The notes under the pieces: model-generated
The model's input: the letters and a program-made list of their open reading frames with translations, nothing else
What the model was told of the DNA's origin: nothing
The model's database searches: none
In this document: piece by piece, positions 25,985 to 40,013 of the stretch
Position numbering within the stretch: position 1 is the stretch's first letter
Layout of the letters: every line of letters begins with the position of its first letter
Assembly (NCBI RefSeq): GCF_001194135.2
Contig: NC_068981.1
Span: 140,709,514 to 140,773,513 of the forward strand
DNA from: Octopus bimaculoides
Taxonomy: Eukaryota
DNA length: 64,000 nucleotides
Reading direction: 5' to 3'
Made by a program: the position numbers and the translations under genes

Positions 25985-26162
25985 TGCCAACAGAGGGCTA
26001 AACACAGAGGGAACAAACAAGGACAAACAAAGGGATTAATTCGATTACATCGACTCTAGAGCGTAACTGGTACTTATTTCGTCGACCCCGAAAGGATGAA
26101 AGATAAAGTCGACCTCAGCGAAATTTGAACTCAGAACGTAACGGTTGACGAAATACCGCTAG
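25985..26162 (-). mobile_element. SINE-like element (same family as 18866 and 35882)
   Basis: GTCGACCCCGAAAGGATGAAAGATAAAGTCGACCTCAGCGAAATTTGAACTCAGAACGT shared with the other copies. Confidence 0.75.
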
Positions 26163-29100
26163 ATAGGCACAATAATTGTTATTAATAAGAAAATGTTGGA
26201 ATAACTTTGTTAGTGCCCACTCCCCAGCATGCATAATCTAGCAGTGAGATACGTCTTAACTTATTTAATGATTGTGTTACCTTTAAGAAACGTTTGTTTA
26301 TTGTCTGAATGAATATAAATTTGAAATGCGCTATTCCATTATTGCATTTCATTGAAGAAAAATTTATGGTTTCATAATTTATAACAGTATTGTCACAATG
26401 TTGTATTCCCAAGTACGTTTCCCCTTCGACACAAGTTTAAAATATCTTTTCATACGCGCATGTTGAAAATAAATTTGTTTCTTCTACGACATATACTTGG
26501 ACATTAGGGGTGTACATTATGCAAGAGTGCGTGTTTACGCTGGAAAATATGGCATTTAAAGATATAAACGAGTTCTCTCACGGTATAAAGCAGAGTGGAC
26601 CCTGGTCAAGGTTTTGTAACAAAGATAGGCTATATGTTTGTTCCATGAATATACAAATCTATCACAGTTTTATTTACTTAAATCGTTGTGTTATTAAACA
26701 GAGCTGTTCAATTAAAGCTAATTAAATGAAAAATAGGTATATATAACCTAGGTATATATTTATATTAGAGAGGCAAAGTGGTCAATTTTCTCTCAAACAG
26801 TCACCGTATGCAAATCTAAGAAGCATATGCAGCGATATATTTGAACAAAATACGTTTGAATTTGTTCTTTATGCTAAAAGAACAAACATAACGCCATCAT
26901 TAAAAGACTTGAGTAAATAAATGCGGTGTCATCATGTTTAGAAACGTACGTTCCGGTATTAACCTAAAGTGTGAAGCAATAAATTGGAGTTTTCAGTCAT
27001 GAAAGTTGAAACAAGGTAGTTTAGATGTGATTTCAAACAATATTTGAAGTTCGAAGAATTGGAATAGATCGCAAAAACGTCAAATATTAAAAGCAATAAG
27101 ATAAACATTTTAAAGGAACAGGAAATTTATATTCTAAAATAAAAGTGGATATATATCTGATATATGTGAAATCCTTGAAAACTTTGCTGGATTGAAAACA
27201 TAACATACAAAAGTTCTCCCGAGAAAAAAAAAATTAATAAACATCAATACGTTGTTAATATGATTAAATGAGCGCATTCACTTTCATATATTTGTGAATA
27301 TATGCATTTTACATGTAGTCATTATTTCATGGATACTGCTAAAACATTATTGGTATTCTCCTTCAAACTGCGTTGTATGTTGAGAGTAATATATAGGGTA
27401 ATAGCGATATATATTACAAATGAGAACTCTTGTTTAATCACCATTATCTCGTAAAATAAGCAAGCATGTAATTTCATTTCAGTTTTGATCTTCGTTACAG
27501 CAACATTAATTTTTATTTCATATTAAAATGTTAATAACAAAGCGTTGATTAGCAGATATTGATTTCTAGATGTATCGTAGTTTCGGTGACATATCTATAT
27601 TCAGCCATAGGAATATATTGCTCATTTAATCGTGTTCCATTAATCTAGTCAGGCGGAGGCCAAAACATAACTTAATATAAAATAATTATAATCTTGTTTT
27701 TGATTGCTCAATGTAATTTTGTTTCTCTGATGAGCGGGTTTATTTAAATTGATGGCATATATTCATTGTTGATAATTCTCTACATTGAATGGACAGTATG
27801 TATTTTGTTTATTTTCCATGCAAAAATAAATGATTATAGTATTCGAAAATATCGTTAACCCTCTCAATGTAAAGCAATGAAATTAATAAAATCCTTCATA
27901 TAGATATATTGTGTATACAGATATACAACATAACATTTATCTATGAGAATACAAAATATATATTCTCACAAGTGCCCATTACCGCTGTAAATATCGGCAT
28001 GCGTAATGGAAATTCTGTAGTTATGTAATTTGTTTTAGCCAAAACAACGGGAGTCATACGTCTTACATTTAATTTTTATTTTTAGGCTGGATTGTGGACT
28101 ATCGGAGGATTTCAAACGTGAAGGACTATGTAATAATAAGCTAAATGATGCAAAGAATATTAGACAAAATCTGCATTGCAATTAATCTCTATACAAGCAA
28201 TCCATATATGAATATGTATATTACTTTTTAAATTGATATAAATTTTACTTACCGAAGGAAAGAGACAAATTATGCAGAAACCGAAAGTTATATTACATAA
28301 ATATATCCTAAACCTACTTAAAATAAATTCCCTGGAACGGTAAGTAACAACAAAATATAAAAAATATTGCTTGCAGATACTTGGTTAAAGCACAACTGTC
28401 AGAGAATGCAATTGTTATATAGATAGCTGACGATTTTCATAGCTATTCCAAAGTATCAAATACGTTTAAGAGGACAATTCATAGATACGTATGTAAACCG
28501 CCGAAATCAGTCAACAATATCCGAAACATCACCTATCTTATGCATGTGCATCTATTTTTATAGGCATATTTGAAAACGTGTCTAACCCGGATGGAAAGTA
28601 GAGATGTATATGTGTATCGGTACATTCATAAACACGTGTCAATTTAAACAATGTCTACGTAACTACACACACGTGGCCCAGTAAATGTATATAGTTGTGT
28701 ATATAATTATGTGTGCCTGTACTTATATACGTATATATTCTTGTTCCCGTAAGCTTGATAACCGGTGTATGTTATACATATATTTGTACGTTTAGAAAAT
28801 AAGCGAGCGCATATTTATGTAACCACACTTGTGGATAGTCGTAAATGCATTGCGTACATATATATGTATTTTCATCTGAGTGCATGCACATTTTTTACTG
28901 TCTCTCTCCAAACATCTACATGATAGTGTTTGTTCGAAAGTACCTATAAAGCCGATACACACCTCATTCCTCATATATTTTTCGTAATCCTATTGGATGT
29001 AAACTAGCAATTTTTCTTTCCTGATATTCATCATCAAATAATATCCATCAGGTACATAACCTATGAAATTAATCAACAGGGACTTTTCCCACTGACACGT

Positions 29101-29559
29101 TGCAGTATCACGTTCATTTGTTTTGTAATTTTTTACGTTAGAGATTAGGCTGTGTCCACGTTCTTTCTCCAGAGACTCCAATACTGATAGTATGCAGAGA
29201 GGACGTTTTCTTCAAGTTTTCGACCAGGCCGAACGCTTTAACAATTTGACCTCAAAAGCACATATCAAGTGGTAGTGTCAAACCTGGCCACGAATAAAAC
29301 CTACCCAAAAAGCAGCCATTATTGGATTTCCATATTCAGAAACAACATTCACTATTCTTTCACTCCTTTAATTCTTTCACTCGTTGCCATATAACACTGC
29401 CGAAATACATACAAAAGCTATGATAACTGTTAATCTCTCGCATAAAAACATTCACTCTTTGTTTTTTCGAAAAGTGTTGTAAAATATTCACTTTCTTTTG
29501 CGTCTGCATAAATTCATTTGAGATTCTTTTATTGTCCTTGTCAACATTTGTTCTTGTAC

Positions 29560-29870
29560 AGATGGAGGAAGATCGATGCGCTTACTCCACTCAGTGCTAA
29601 TTTATGCATAACATTGTTCTGTGCTATCTAGCATATGATCATCATTATCGGCCTCATTTGATGATGAAGCAAAGTCAGAAAAAATAAAAATCTTCTTGAA
29701 TCTTTTATCTGCGACTTGGTTTCTCCTATCACCAAGGGCCACATGCGCTTAAGCACATTTGACGAAGTAGACGCACTGGTATCAATTGATGAGGGCCGTA
29801 TCCACGTAAAGGTTTGGAAAAGCCAAACTGATGAAAATGTTGTTATGGAACGAAACAACAAATGATGATG
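29560..29870 (+). mobile_element. Possible highly decayed Penelope-like RT remnant
   Basis: TPLSANLCI and FDEVDALVSIDEGRIHVKVWKSQT loosely resemble PLE RT motifs SPLxANLxM and FLDVxVxxxxGxxxTxVYRKPT. No YVDD visible. Confidence 0.2.
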
Positions 29871-30633
29871 CCTACTTTTAAGGGTCAAACAAAGCTTTAA
29901 TTCTTAAAAGTGTTAAGATAATTTAAAAACGAAACCAGATGCTACGCAAAAATATCTTGATGAAATATCGCCCCAAAGGTCATGAATAAAGCATAAACAA
30001 CGTACAGACGCACTTAAACATACAAACACACAAGAGCAGACACAGCATATCTGTGTTTGCATGGATGTTCCAGATTTTATCATATAATTACAAAGTTGAA
30101 TATCTAACGAAATACTACCATTTAAGGAATAAATATATTGTACGTATATATATTAAGGTGGCTCTAAAGTGTTTTGCATTACAGACACGTAGGTATGCGA
30201 TTCTTCTCAAAGTATATTTCAAAACATTAGCATTTCCTTGTAGAATTTTAAACTACCCAATCAGGTTTGCTTAGGAAATGTTTGTTCTAAATTTCAGGAG
30301 CATATATCATAATTGCTGAGAGGCGTATAAAAATGAATTTGTAAATTCTTTTAATGCATATATCAAAACGAAAGAAGCGTATTTATTCCATTAAATGTGG
30401 AAAGAATTAAATTCATTGAAAATATGATGTAAGTGGATAATACAAGTGTAGTAGGTAAAGGATGTGCCAACAAACACACATAGCGACAGTAAAAGCGGAA
30501 ATTAAACGTGAACAATGTACATTAAAAGAGAACATGCTTATGCAAACTATAATACACTCAACAAAATCGGAATAAAATTCCTTTAAAGAAATGTGTTACG
30601 GATTAAAACAAGAATTATTTCCTATTCATAAAT

Positions 30634-30681
<48 letters not shown>

Positions 30682-30727
30682 AGTGTGTGTGTGTGTGTGT
30701 GATTCTGCGTGCGTGTGTATGTAACTG

Positions 30728-30759
<32 letters not shown>

Positions 30760-32509
30760 GATAGATAGATTGATAGATAGATTGTATATGTGGTTCGCAA
30801 AAGTCTGAAAGAGGTAATATAAAGTGCTCGATGAATGAGTCTTTTCTGCATTCTATCTATGTGACGTATTGCAGCACATCATTAAATAACTACAAAAATA
30901 TTTTACATATATTGCCATTTATAGCAAAATATGAACCGCATTTATCTTTTTACACTTGAAGTTCAACATAATACGGTTACGCCTTTCTTCCCCTACTTTT
31001 TACATGTTGCTTATCTTTTTATGTTTTATGTGAAATATCCCTTGAAATCTATAGATTTTCTGCCCATGTTTTACTTAAATCTGAAAATATTTTTTCTTCC
31101 CTTCTGATTAGAATATCTATCACAAAATATCTGTTAACATTAACATATATCCGTCTAAGTAAATATGTGTGTATGCATACATACATGCATACATGCATGC
31201 ATACGTACACACGTACACACACACACACACACACACATCCACACCCACACACACACACCCACGCACACACATATATATGTTAGATACTTGTGTAAGGAGA
31301 TGATTATTCAGTTATGTATTGGTGTCTGAACCATACCTAAACACGACATACAGATAGATATATGCACACATGGATGCACGTACAGGCATATGCACACATA
31401 AGCATGTTTTGTATGTACATCTAATGCATAATTTTTGTCCTTCTATGTATACTTACAAATAATATTCTGTGTAAGTCGAGCACGAGACATATGTGCCTAA
31501 TACATTTTGGATTTTATAATACTTGAATTCTCTGAGCTCTTAGAATTTTATTCTTCAAACCAGAATTTCAACTTTCTATTGTCATGAGTCGAGAGCCATC
31601 CACTCCCCATTCGAAGAAAATGCAAATAATTGTCATGAACCGACAATATATATATGCAATTGAAAAATATTTCCTCGTCTCAGGAAACAACTAGATCTCA
31701 TAATGCAGGGAAGTGGTTACATAATCAAGTACATACACGCCTCGAGATCTACGTTGTGTGGAAACAAGTGTAGTGGTTAAAAAATAAGTGTCCAACCGTA
31801 CCGTACTCCTTCTTGTTGACTCCGATTTTGTGAATTGTGTATTCACACACGACAGATGCACAAACGGAAACCTGGAAGTTCGTATAATTGTACTACTGGA
31901 TAGTATACGGTAAATCTGAAGGTGGTCGAGCTTTATACTGTGCACTACTAGGTTCTTCAAAAAATATAACATGTCTGTATCTATCTATCTATCTATATAT
32001 TTATCTATCAATATATATATCTATCCATCTATACATGTAGATAATTAAAAATATATCTTTCTCTTTCTACCTATATGGCTTGCTAGTTAGCAATCTGCAT
32101 GCACGCTTGCTTGATCACATGTCTATCTGTCTGTCTGCACGTTGCTTTTATATCTAGCTATCTCTCTTTCTCTGTCACTATATCAGTGGGATGTTTTGTG
32201 CCTGTGAGCAATGTCATATTAAAGAGGTGACTATATTCAAGTTGATTTTATTATTAAGTTATTAGTTATCGGTTGTCTTGTTACACACAAAATACAAAGC
32301 AATGTACATCACAGTGTACACGATGTATAATCACAATCTAAATGTAAGCACATTCTAAGATATATTGCAAAAACATCCCAAATCTCTCCAATAACATCGA
32401 GCCACAAATCAACAGACTATCAAACTGGATTAATCCAATCAATACAGAAATTTCAATGCAATCTTGAAATAAAACTTAGATTTTATTGCTAACACTATAC
32501 GTACTAGGA

Positions 32510-32900
32510 TGAAATTAGTTCTTATGCCATTGTGGACGGTGATCAAGTGCTTTACATGGGAGAAAACGAGACACGCTGTGTCCGATTGTGGATAGTCAGT
32601 CCAATGCGTGCTGGTAAGGCTCTGCTGCAGGTCGGACACAGGTGATCTGCTGGGACTGAAAGAGAGGAGTAGAATCTGGACTTGTGCAGGTGGCATTTTC
32701 TCCGCAATCCTGTTCTGTTTATAGTAGGTGGTACCTTGGTGGTGCAGCTTCGACAGGGAAGGCGGCCTTGTGCTTGCGTTTCCCAGGTGTCGGTGTTGAT
32801 TTCCCAGCTCTTCAGTGCATCCTTGAGTGCATCCTTGAAGCGCTTTTTGCTACTTTGCGTGCACTTTACGTCAGCCATCTCTCTGTAAAACAGTATCTAA
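32510..32900 (-). mobile_element. 3' end of an RTE-clade LINE (ORF C-terminus plus 3' UTR)
   Basis: ORF 32552-32878: KKRFKDALKDALKSWEINTDTWETQAQGR...HLCPTCSRALPARIGLTIHNRT, matching the RTE C-terminal KRFKDxLK...WE..AxDR and CxxC...RIGLxSH motif. Confidence 0.85.
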
Positions 32901-33260
32901 GTTAAAAAAAAAATAACTGTTTGTACTCATGAGGAAATGTTTTCATCCAGGAAATAGAAAATAGCTGTACTTGCGTGGAAAAAATAAAAAAAATAGGCAC
33001 TAAATTATACAGCTGATGCAGTAAAGGCGTTAAAGATGGCATTTACATAATTCAGAAGAGAAGATTTCTTCCAAAGTGGTTGTATAAAGCTGCACCGACC
33101 ATCTTTTACGAGTGGTGTATCAAAAAATAAATGTACGAAGCATTTATTAAAGTCTTCAGCAGCTATGGGATATTTCGACTCTGTTGGATATGATGATAAT
33201 TACAAGTGCAGAACTAGGGATGCTGCTTTCCGCGAGAATGGAATGTAAGTTGTCATGCTT

Positions 33261-33478
33261 GGTAAGGAACACGTTTTTGTAAGGAATTTGTTATGCTTAG
33301 TAAGGAAGACATATATGCAAGGAAGACGTTTATGTAAGGAAGACGTTTATGTAAGGAAGCTGTTATGCTTAGTAAGGAAGACGTTTATATAAGGAAGACG
33401 TTTATATAAGGAAGACGTTTATGTAACGAAGACGTTTATGTAAGGAAGCTGTTATACTTAGTAAGGAAGACGTTATTG
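33261..33478 (+). repeat. Higher-order minisatellite of 17-bp and 21-bp units
   Basis: Units TAAGGAAGACGTTTATG/A (17 bp) interspersed with TAAGGAAGCTGTTATRCTTAG (21 bp). Confidence 0.9.
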
Positions 33479-34949
33479 CTCGAAGATAGTGTGACGTTTT
33501 GGGTATCTTGATAGGTGGAATTAAAAAACAACAACTTTGTACCTACTAGTCAGGAAAATTGGTTGTGAAGGAAGCTCAAACTGATTCCTATGTGTATGAA
33601 AACTGGATTCTAATTACAGAGCTTTAATAGGACTAATTAGTTACTCCATGAAAAATGTGTGGTATGGGAGCGTCTGCAAGTTGACAAATCTAATAGCACA
33701 CTTAGCGTTTATTTCGTACTTAATATTATATTTAAGTTAGAGGACTGAATGTGGCTTACAATAGTATACAAATTAGAAGAGAGAAATTGTATTTTTTTTT
33801 TGTTTGAGTGCAGAACCATCAAAAAAGAACTGTTGTCCTCTCAGTATAAATGAAGAGATAATCGACTGAATAACTGCTTTTGGCTTGTACCCCAACAAGA
33901 GAATGAAGCATTTATCTCTAATAATCAAGTGATGTAGATGAGGTGTAACATGGGTCATTTCAGCACAGAGCCAAACTTAACTTATTCTATATTAATTATT
34001 GAAACTGGCAGATAAGAGTGAGTTCATAGTACAGTCACACGAATTAGAGAGCAGCTTTTGGAAGGAACAAATTTCTTAATATCATGTAGTGGAAATATCG
34101 TTACATTTGACCGTGTACTAGAAAGAGCAATCTATGTTTTCGTACGATAGTGTAATGCATGCTTTTATAAAATCAAATGAACTGGATAGATGCCGAGGCC
34201 TTTAGAATCTAAATTCATGTCAAATGTAATTCAGATTTTTATGGTTTGCCAGGTTCTTCCACTTCAACAGAGATATCATTTCAGTGTATGATAGAAAGAA
34301 TTATTTTAGCATTTTCTTGCAGAATCAAAGTAGCACAATAAGGTATTCAACAATATGGATTCCTGCGAATGCTGCCATTGATTTGAAACAACCGAAAATA
34401 TATTCTTATGCTTCCGTACGTGCGAAAGACAATTGCTTCAATTTTAAGGCACAATATATTTATGTTCGATTTTAGATATATATCTAAAAGAATCGGCTAC
34501 AAATATAATTATATCGATGCAGGATCAGTATTTGAGTCACCGAATTCGTTTCATTTTGGATATGTTTTGAAATTCGGTTCATATTTTTATAAGAAGGCTT
34601 TGAGAAAATGACTATTAGATACTCACCGTTAACAATAATAGACTTATTTTCTAACTGTTGGCATATGATCAGAGACACAAATGCTGCAATGTTGAATACA
34701 TTGTCCACATTTCTCTAGGAATAGGAGCATTTATCTGCAGAATTTCCTTTGGAAATATTTAAGGAAATTACACAATAAAATGTTTCGCATAATATACATG
34801 TAGCATCTAAACTTGCGTTCGGAAGCTCTTCAAATTTCTGAGCAATCATACATGAATTTACCTGCTCAGCTAACATAAACATAAACATTATTACAACTCT
34901 ATACACTAAAATATAATACTCTCACAAAAATGTGTAGATACATGACACG

Positions 34950-34965
34950 GATCTATTTATCTATC

Positions 34966-35044
<79 letters not shown>

Positions 35045-35085
35045 ACATCCATCCATCCATCTATCTGTATGTCTCTGTCTATCTG

Positions 35086-35143
<58 letters not shown>

Positions 35144-35217
35144 CATCTATCTATCTATCTATCTATCTATCAATCTATCTATCTATCAGTCTGTCTCTGT
35201 CTATCTATCTATCTATA

Positions 35218-35264
<47 letters not shown>

Positions 35265-35290
35265 CTGTCTGTCTGTCTGTTTGTATGTAT
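34950..35290. repeat. (ATCT)n/(GTCT)n tetranucleotide microsatellite
   Basis: Seen directly; source of the LSIY-repeat ORFs. Confidence 0.95.
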
Positions 35291-35338
35291 GTATGTTAAT
35301 CTGCCTGCCTACCTGTCAGTGTGTTTCTTTCTCTCTCA

Positions 35339-35369
<31 letters not shown>

Positions 35370-35881
35370 AATATACATATAGACATCTACGTATATAGGT
35401 ATGTGTCAGTATATATCATTATATGCACGAGTGATTATATGTGTGTGCGTGTATATTCATATATATACATCAATAAGTACACAAACACACACATACATAT
35501 AAAACAGAAAACTATGTGGTTATGCAGGTACGTATATGTACACGCCTGTGTATCAAGAAGTAGCGGTAAAAAAATATCACACGGATATATTAGAATCCAT
35601 TTAATGTTTCTTTATCTGGCATACCTGCTCCAAATTCTGTTTAATATCCTGGATGAGATTGCATTTTCTGTAATGGCATTGATTACGTTGTTTGCTGGGT
35701 TTGTCATACCCATTTATACGCGTACTTTCTAAATATCGACTACTGTATCTGTTACATCTTAAACTTTTCTAACTTGACTCGCATATGGTGGTTTTTCTAA
35801 AAAAAATTATTAATTAAAGAAAAGATCTTATACGTTGCAAAATCTGAGTAATAGGTTTTTAAACTTTACAGTATTAACAAT

Positions 35882-36075
35882 GGCTTCAAATTTTGGCACA
35901 AGGCCAGAAAGTCTATGGGTAGGCGTAATTCGATTACTTCGACGCAAGTGCGACTTTGAAGGGATAAAAGATGAAGTCGAGCTCGGCGGAATTTGAAGAT
36001 GGACGAAATACCACTAGGTATTTTGCCCGGCGTGCTAACGTTTGGCCCGGCGCACTAACGATTCTGCCACTGCTT
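35882..36075 (-). mobile_element. Diverged SINE-like copy (family of 25985-26162)
   Basis: AATTCGATTACTTCGAC...GATGAAGTCGAGCTCGGCGGAATTTGAA...GACGAAATACCACTA parallels 26038-26162. Internal TTTTGCCCGGCGTGCTAACG / TTTGGCCCGGCGCACTAACG duplication. Confidence 0.65.
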
Positions 36076-36249
36076 TAATAATAACGCCTACAATATCTCA
36101 AATATATATTACATTAAGTCATATATTACACCATGTATATATTTCTATGCCGGCTGTATAATTTTCAAATTTAAATGTCAATATGTTGTGTCTCGTCGAC
36201 ACTGCTATGTCCTTTGAAATCACTGTATATACCACTTTAGAAGGTGGAC

Positions 36250-36441
36250 TTATAACAATACAAATATAAATCGGAAACGACACGTAACAAACAATATCTG
36301 TTCTCAACAACTTCTACGATTGTCTTCGCAAATGCCTGCACATACTACACTGTTCTCTCACTGACAGTGTGCATCCGCCTTTATAGGGTTTAGGACAGTC
36401 GATTTGCTATCCCACAGGGGTGTTAGGATTTCACCACAACA
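36250..36441 (-). repeat. 3' LTR
   Basis: Begins TGTTGTGGTG on the minus strand; aligns with 40014-40207 (e.g. TTCTCTCACTGACAGTGTGCAT, TTTAGGACAGT, TGCTATCCCACAGGGGT). Confidence 0.85.
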
Positions 36442-36524
36442 TCTTCCCTTTTTGAGTTTTTTGTTGCAAGTCAATATTTAAAAAAAGTTTTATCTTTATT
36501 ACCACCTCCCCAACTTTTGTTCAG

Positions 36525-37260
36525 TTACCTGAGAAAAAAATTGGAATATTCTTTTTGTTTTGTGTCTACTTGCAAAAGTTCTGTTTGCTTTCTTTTCCTA
36601 GTTGCTGTACTCGTTGGTTCGATTATTCCTTGAGGTATCGGAACGTCAAAAATGTCATAAAGAAATTCCATTGACTCTTCAAGTTTTATTTTTATTGGTT
36701 TAGGTGTCTCTTGTGTTTCCACGTCGTATGACCCTTTACCATGTACGTTATTCTTCCTAAACGTTTACCCATTATACCTTCTTCCCAACTTTCATTTCCG
36801 TTTCTGTATATTTAAAGAAACCTTGTCACCGATTTTGAAGTATTTCATCTTATTTTCCGTGTTTCTCTCCTTTCTTTCTTTTCTTCCCGGTAGTAATTTG
36901 TCAAACACTGACCTGACTTCCTGGTGAACATTAGTTTGTCCGGCGATACACATCTGATGTAGAATTATGGTTAGGTGTTATTTGGTAGACACTTAAGAAT
37001 TGCGTCAATGCAGTAGTAGTTCATATCTAGATTTTTTTCAGCGCTCTCTTAAACGTGTCTACGAAACGTTCCGCTAGTTCAATTCATCTCGGATGATATG
37101 GTGGAGTAGAAATATGCTGCATTGCATGAATCTTGCAAAAGTTTTTTTAACTCCTTTAACGTGAACTCTGTTCCGTTATCAGGTGCTACAGTCTCTGGGA
37201 CACCATGTCGCGTAAACAGTTTGTCCAGAAATTCCATCGTTAAAAAAGGTTAAAACGTTC
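36525..37260 (-). pseudogene. pol: Gypsy integrase core and C-terminal remnant
   Basis: FLDKLFTRHGVPETVAPDNGTEFT (~37155-37225; compare FARFGVPDTIVSDNGTQF). C-terminal EESMEFLYDIFDVPIP...RKRKQTELLQVD in ORF 36525-36722. Confidence 0.75.
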
Positions 37261-37282
37261 TTAATTTTTGACACATGTCTGA

Positions 37283-38340
37283 TCAATACCATTTTACGCC
37301 GATTTTCAATAAGCTGTTTAGAGGTGCTCTTAGCTCATGCATGTTTGGTAATAAGTTCGCGATCTCTAAGAACGCTTGCAATGTTGTAATAATTTTCGGG
37401 GTAGGCATATTTTTTGTTGCTATCGATCTTGAAGGATTTGGCCTGCAACCATATGTTATCGATAACGTGCACAAGTTACTTAATTTCTGGCATGAAGTAC
37501 TCACATTTTCCCTTGCTAACTTTGAATCCCTACTCCTTTATCTTCTCAAACAGCATTTTTACATGTTCCGCATGCTGGTCTCTAGACTCACTTTTATTAG
37601 TATGTCATTCAAACATGCTATAGCGAAATCTGTATCTGCAAGCACCGTGTCCATCAAATGTTGAAAAATACTAGGTGCCTGCATTATTTTGAAAGGAAGT
37701 TGACTGAATTTATATAAAACTTTCTGAGTGTTTATCGGAGGCGTATTTACAGTTACAAGTCGAACATTCTTCCTCGACTTGTAACTGTAAATACGCCTCC
37801 GACAATTCCAATTTTGGGAAAAATTATTCTTCATTGAACTCTATTGTAGTTCGCTTCAAGCATTTTGCATTGTTTGTCAAAAGATAAGGTGCCTTGAATG
37901 GTACAACAATGCACTATAATAATAATAAACTATAATAACTGTTATAATTTAATAATCCATAGTCTGATCTTATATACTATTTGGGAATATAAAAATTCCT
38001 TCTTCATATAGCCTTAGGAATTGATCGAGTCGCTGCTATAATCGGTTTTCCAACGATTAGAATACCGATCATAGCAGTGATTCGATCAATTCCTTGGGAT
38101 ATCTGAAGAAGGAATTTTTATATTCCCAAATAATATATCAGACTATGGATGATTAAATTATAACACTTATTATAGCCCATTGTTGTTATTATAGTGCATT
38201 GTTATGCCATTCAAGACGCATTATTTGTTTCTTCATTGGGTTTCGCAAAAACATCCTTTGGGCTTGGTAATGGATAGTTGTATGTTCTTAAACATTCGTT
38301 CAAATAAGCTGAAAAATCCGCGCATACTCGTATTTTCTTA
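37283..38340 (-). pseudogene. pol: Gypsy reverse transcriptase and connection-domain remnant, interrupted by a MITE
   Basis: KIRVCADFSAYLNECLRTYNYPLPSP (~38255-38335); INTQKVLYKFSQLPFKIMQAPSIFQHLMDTVLADTDFAIACLNDILIK (YLDD decayed to CLND); PDPSR-like NPSRSIATKNMPTPKIITTLQAFL...LRAPLNSLLKIGVKW. Confidence 0.85.
37884..38224. mobile_element. ~340-bp fold-back MITE nested in the Gypsy RT region
   Basis: Arms of ~160 bp are imperfect inverted repeats (CCTTGAATGG..AACAATGCACTATAAT / ATTATAGTGCATTGTT..CCATTCAAG; TTTGGGAATATAAAAATTCCTTCTTCA / TGAAGAAGGAATTTTTATATTCCCAAA). Centre loop 38047-38063. Confidence 0.85.
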
Positions 38341-39008
38341 TTGTTTTTCTTTACATAAACAGTTGATGCAACCCATTCTGAATATTCAACTTTTTTTTAT
38401 AACTCCCAGCTTTTCTAACCTATCTAATTCCTTGCGGACTTGATTAAATGCCGTGACAGGTATAATTCGCTTCGGTTTAAACACCAGTTCGACATTTTCT
38501 CTCACTTGAAATTTTACTTTTGTCTTGGTGCACCTAACCAATTTGTCCGAAAAAACACCAGGAAAAAATCTTTTACAATTTCTTTTTTAAATCTTCCGAC
38601 ACCATTTTTGAACTGGTGTTATAACTGTTTACATTATTGCAAAATAATGGGGTTCCATTAATTAAACAATTCTATCCAGTCAATGCCAAAACGTTTCGTC
38701 GTATTTTTTTACACAAAATCTTTAGCCTTCAAAGTTTTCCCACGAAATGTTACCTCACTAATCATTTCGCCCCAAAATCCCCAAAATCCTCAGATCCCTC
38801 TCGCCATTTTTGCCGGGCTTCCTATTTTTTCCATGTATCCTCGTTAATTATTGTGATGCTACTACCTGTGTCCAACTGTAATCTCGTATTGACATTACTT
38901 TTATAGAGACAACTTTTCTTTTTCGTGCGTCGGTTTCCCTTTGTGTTGACTACATTTTTTCTCGAATCTTTTTCGTTCGACTATTTTTCTTTCACCTAAC
39001 AATGTAAA

Positions 39009-40002
39009 TTATTGTGTCCAATTTTCCCATATCCAAAACATTTTAGATTCTTTAAAAGATGATTTTTTTAAATGCATTTCTCCACATCCATAACATGGTT
39101 TGGGTCTTGACTGTTGATTTTCCTTTTTCGTATCTGTTACCGGTCGACACATGTATATTTGAATAATCTTTTTCAATTTGTTTCTGCGTCCTGTCGTAGA
39201 TTTATAATTCTTTGGCATACTTCAGCCACTATTTGTAGGGTTAGTTTTGAATCCCGTTCAAGATTTGTAAATATTCAAGCCCTTATCTCTACATCTTTAC
39301 TTGCCGTTAATCCTTGTACGAAGATTAAACACTTGAACATGTCCGGGCTTAATTCGTAGAGTTTAAAATTTTCACATTCTATATTTGCGATTCAGGCATA
39401 CGTGACGAAATCCTTATGTTTCTTTTTCTTTTTCAAATTCAAACACTCCCAGCGAATACTAAATAGTGATCTTCTTTCACTGAACATTTTAGATAATAGC
39501 TAAATTGTTTCCTCGAAACAACTTTCGGATAGTTTTCTCGGCAACATGTAAGTTTACAATTTTCATGTTTCGCTGGTGATAATTTCCTTAAAAGAAGATG
39601 TACCTTTTTTTGTCCGTCCAGCTTTTACACCTTGAAGATTCCTTGATACTTTCTGATGTATGCAGAAAACGTAATCTCTTCTGGATTATACGTAAATTCT
39701 TCAATTGAATTCTCAATCGCGTCTGCCAAAGACGAACCTGAAGTGTTTTTTGACTGCAACGATAATTCCAACAACTGTTGATATGGTTGTTGTCGTTGTA
39801 GTTGCTGTTGAACCTGTTCTTGCTGTTTGTATTGTTCTTGCTGTTTCTGCTGTAGTTGTCGTTGCAACTGCTGCTGCTCTTGTTGTTGCTGTAATTGCCG
39901 TTGCAACTGAGCCACGGAAGCTAATAAGTCTTCCATGCTCAGAACGTCCACTTTGAGCTTCGAATGTCTCGTGAACACTGTTATGACCTTCTCTGAACTC
40001 AC
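39009..40002 (-). pseudogene. gag: Gypsy gag remnant (poly-Q N-terminus, decayed CCHC knuckle)
   Basis: ORF 39625-40002: MEDLL...QQQ...ADAIENSIEEFTYNPEEITFSAYIRKYQGIFKV. ORF 39009-39218: PCYGCGEMHLKK. Confidence 0.8.
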
Positions 40003-40013
40003 TGTCTTAAAAG

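Noticed and set aside
33261-33478. Regular short repeats that could be mistaken for CRISPR
   Set aside because: Head-to-tail tandem units with no unique spacers, in a eukaryotic context with no cas genes.
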